A DNA stretch of 28,131 nucleotides from Gemmatimonadota bacterium (GTDB taxonomy: Bacteria > Latescibacterota > UBA2968 > UBA8231). Both the position numbers and the translations under genes were made by a program. This document shows, piece by piece, positions 25,539 to 28,131 of this stretch (position 1 is its first letter; each line of letters starts with the position of its first letter). The notes beneath the pieces are model-generated. The model did no database searches and was not told where the DNA came from. It was given only the letters and a program-made list of their open reading frames with translations. Where the stretch lies: contig JAYPJE010000049.1 in assembly GCA_038128265.1 (NCBI GenBank), forward strand, positions 1 through 28,131, read 5' to 3'.

Positions 25539-27393
25539 AATAGTGTTCCTTTTACTCATTGCAACCGTTTCTGCGGGAATAGGCTTGACTATTTTGCGTA
25601 GGGTGGGGCCTATCTGCGATTCACGAATAGAAGAACTGGTTTTTTCTGTAGGTTTGGGCTTGGGCCTACTGGCCCTTATCGTCATGGCGTTGGGCTTTGT
25701 CGGCTTACTCTACCCGGACGTTTTTTACGGCTTATTATGTCTGTGCGCTTTGCTGGGGAGAAAAGAATTAATCAGTCTTGCCGGGCGCATACAGGTGCGT
25801 ATGGCAGCAAGTACCTTTTCGATTACCTCACTGTATTTTTGGATTTTAGCTTGTATTGCTGCCGCCGCTCTACTGGGTCTATGCCGGGCACTTATGCCGG
25901 CTCATGGTGCGGTTGATCCGCTCGCGTATCACTTGGCGCTACCTGCCATCTACCTTTCTAAACACTATTTGAGCTTTGAGCGCACGCTGACCGGGGCGCT
26001 CTATCCTGATAATGTAGGCATGCTTTACCTACTGGCACTTGGTGTGCGGGGTGCTTCACTCGCCCAGCTAGTGCACTGGTTTATGGGGATGACTACGGTG
26101 GTGGCGGTGTGGTGTTTTTGCCGCTCCTATTTCAACAGTCGTGTGGGGATTTTTGCTGCTGCGTTTTACGCGTTTACCCCAGCTTTTGTGTTCTTCTCAT
26201 CGCTGGCCTACGTTGATGTCGGAGTCGCTCTATTTCAATTCTTGGGTATTTGGGCATTAGGTAAATGGCTGCGCGATGGATCCCGGCGTTCACTCGCGCT
26301 GGCCTCTGTTTTTATGGGTCTGGCCATGGGGTCGAAACATACGGCTCTTTTTTTGGCCCTTTCCTTTGCCGTTATCATATGCGCCGTTCTCATCGTCCGC
26401 AAAGAGTCGCCCCGAACAATATTAGAAATGCTTGCTCTATATGGAGGCGTATCTGTCGCCTTGGCCGCGCCGTGGTATACAAGGGCTCTAATTGAGGCGA
26501 GCAATCCCGTTTGGCCTGTAGCAAACGAGTTGTTTAATGGTCTTCCCTACGGCAGCTCATTCAGTATATCAAATGACATTGGCCGCGAATCGCGGACTGT
26601 TGATTACGACAGAATAAAAGAGCTGTTCTACCTATCGTATGCCTCACTATGGGAATGGGCATGGACTGGCCAATTGGGATGGCAGCGGGCAACGGGGATC
26701 CACTTTGTAGTGCTCCTGCCCGTTGCACTCTGCCATTGGGGTGTGCGACGCGTGCGTTGGATTGCGGTAGCGGCAGTAGCATATTACCTGCTGGTCGTCT
26801 TGTACATAGACGGAAGTCCGCGCTACAGTCTAGCGCTATTTGCCCTGCTGAGCGTGCTGGCGGGATGGGCTGCGGAGCGGCTGTGTAACCCGGGAACGCC
26901 TATTTTGGGTTATCCATTTAAAACGGTCTTTATCGTTTCGTTCGGATTTAACTTAGCTCACATATTTGCTCTCTCTTATCCGTCGATAAACTACGCTTTC
27001 TCTGGTCAGGCGTCCGAGCAGTATTTGCAGGAAAAAGAGGGCAATTACAGGGCGTTTAGTTTTGTCAATCAACAGCTACCTGCCGATTCGAAGGTGCTGT
27101 TGCAGGGCATTGTAAAAGGTTATTATTGCGAACGAGAGTATCTTTGGGATCACCCCTACCAAAAAGTGCTGCAATACAGCAACCATGCAAGTGCTGAATC
27201 GCTGTCAGGTCGCATGGCAGAACTTGGCGTTACACATATTGTCCGCATGATTAATATTCCGCCCTCGCGCCTCTCACTTGGATACCCACAATACTTCACA
27301 GATCCGCTACAAGAAGACTTTCGCAAGAAATATTTAAAGCTGCTCTACCGAGACGGCGGTTACGTGGTTTTTGAAGTCCTATACCCTTCGTAA
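25531..27393 (+). CDS. GT-C fold membrane glycosyltransferase (ArnT/PMT_2, GT39/83-like)
   Basis: Multi-TM protein with DPLAYHLALP, AYVDVG, GLAMGSKHT, PWYTRA...NPVWP, PRY motifs and a C-terminal periplasmic domain (LGVTHIV). Confidence 0.8.
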   Translation: MVEIVFLLLIATVSAGIGLTILRRVGPICDSRIEELVFSVGLGLGLLALIVMALGFVGLLYPDVFYGLLCLCALLGRKELISLAGRIQVRMAASTFSITSLYFWILACIAAAALLGLCRALMPAHGAVDPLAYHLALPAIYLSKHYLSFERTLTGALYPDNVGMLYLLALGVRGASLAQLVHWFMGMTTVVAVWCFCRSYFNSRVGIFAAAFYAFTPAFVFFSSLAYVDVGVALFQFLGIWALGKWLRDGSRRSLALASVFMGLAMGSKHTALFLALSFAVIICAVLIVRKESPRTILEMLALYGGVSVALAAPWYTRALIEASNPVWPVANELFNGLPYGSSFSISNDIGRESRTVDYDRIKELFYLSYASLWEWAWTGQLGWQRATGIHFVVLLPVALCHWGVRRVRWIAVAAVAYYLLVVLYIDGSPRYSLALFALLSVLAGWAAERLCNPGTPILGYPFKTVFIVSFGFNLAHIFALSYPSINYAFSGQASEQYLQEKEGNYRAFSFVNQQLPADSKVLLQGIVKGYYCEREYLWDHPYQKVLQYSNHASAESLSGRMAELGVTHIVRMINIPPSRLSLGYPQYFTDPLQEDFRKKYLKLLYRDGGYVVFEVLYPS

Positions 27394-27406
27394 TAGCACG
27401 AGACTC

Positions 27407-28131
27407 ATGACCAACTTGCCACACAAGGTGTATTTTATCGCCTGCTGTTTCCCCCCTTTTGGTAGGGGCAACGCCATTACCAATGCCTGTGTGGCAAATG
27501 GGCTGGCTGACAAATTTGATGTGCATGTCGTCAGTATGGCGCTGGAAGAGGGGGGGGTGATTGCCTATCAGCAAGACAAGAGCTTGGTGGAAGGTTTGCA
27601 CGCTAAATTACACGTACATCGGATTGCCGGTTCGCGCGGGCGGGCTATTAGCACGCTGCTCTACGCTCTCGGCATCCTTCCCTGCTACTTTTTGAACTGG
27701 GCGTGGAGTGTATGGCGTCGTCGGGAAGAACTTTTTTGCGGAAGAGCGATGGTGTTTGCCGTGTATCCGGTCTTCTCTGATTTGGTCGTCGGCTATTTAG
27801 TGAGCCGACGGTATGGGTTTCCCCTCTTAATCGATTTTCGCGACGATTTTTCCGGTGTGATGACCCGCGGTTGGCGGCGTGTGCTGCGGCCATATTTCCG
27901 CTATCTGGAGCGCCGCATTATTCGATCTGCCCATCGCATAAGCGTGACGACGGAAATGCTGCGTCAAGATTTGCTAGCGCGTTATGGTTTACCAGAAGAA
28001 AAGATCGAGGTTGTATACAATATAGTGCCAGACCCAAAAGGGGAGCCTAGGGGGGGACATAAAGTAGAAGAGGGCCCCTTGCGGATCATATATGCCGGGG
28101 CTATGTCGCGCGTGCAAAAGCCCGAAGTGTT
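27407..28131 (+). CDS. Glycosyltransferase family 4, 3'-truncated by the window end
   Basis: Open frame from ATG 27407: MTNLPHKVYFIACCFPPFGRG...PLLIDFRDDF...LERRIIRSAHRISVTT...KIEVVYN...LRIIYAGAM. Not in the ORF track because it has no stop. Confidence 0.85.
   Translation, partial: MTNLPHKVYFIACCFPPFGRGNAITNACVANGLADKFDVHVVSMALEEGGVIAYQQDKSLVEGLHAKLHVHRIAGSRGRAISTLLYALGILPCYFLNWAWSVWRRREELFCGRAMVFAVYPVFSDLVVGYLVSRRYGFPLLIDFRDDFSGVMTRGWRRVLRPYFRYLERRIIRSAHRISVTTEMLRQDLLARYGLPEEKIEVVYNIVPDPKGEPRGGHKVEEGPLRIIYAGAMSRVQKPEV

Overview
A GC-rich bacterial window, with every supported gene on the + strand. The FlgD-Ig/'PNPFNP' C-terminal domains suggest an FCB-group lineage such as Latescibacterota (inference only). 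Part 1 (1-7643) is a cell-surface block. It has the 3' end of a CTD-bearing surface protein with strongly optimised codons and a strong terminator. A candidate sigma-54 promoter then precedes a 4-gene operon: a 1426-aa cohesin-like/cadherin-like repeat protein with a T9SS-like CTD, a TPR lipoprotein, a beta-barrel/CsgG-like fusion and an Ig-like lipoprotein. Part 2 (7650-end) starts with a near-consensus sigma-70 promoter, a structured leader and an HNH nuclease, followed by a tightly coupled ~20-kb glycan locus. That locus holds 3 polyprenyl-phosphate GT2s, 3 GT4s, 2 SAM methyltransferases, a Gfo/Idh/MocA oxidoreductase, asnB split at a T9 run, a UPF0104 flippase-like protein and 2 GT-C-like membrane proteins. 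It also has an unexplained module of an alpha/alpha-barrel protein, an FrhB-like Fe-S protein and DUF362, plus an unannotated 57-aa ORF. No rRNA, tRNA, CRISPR array or transposase was seen. All family calls come from recognising motifs by eye, not from database searches.
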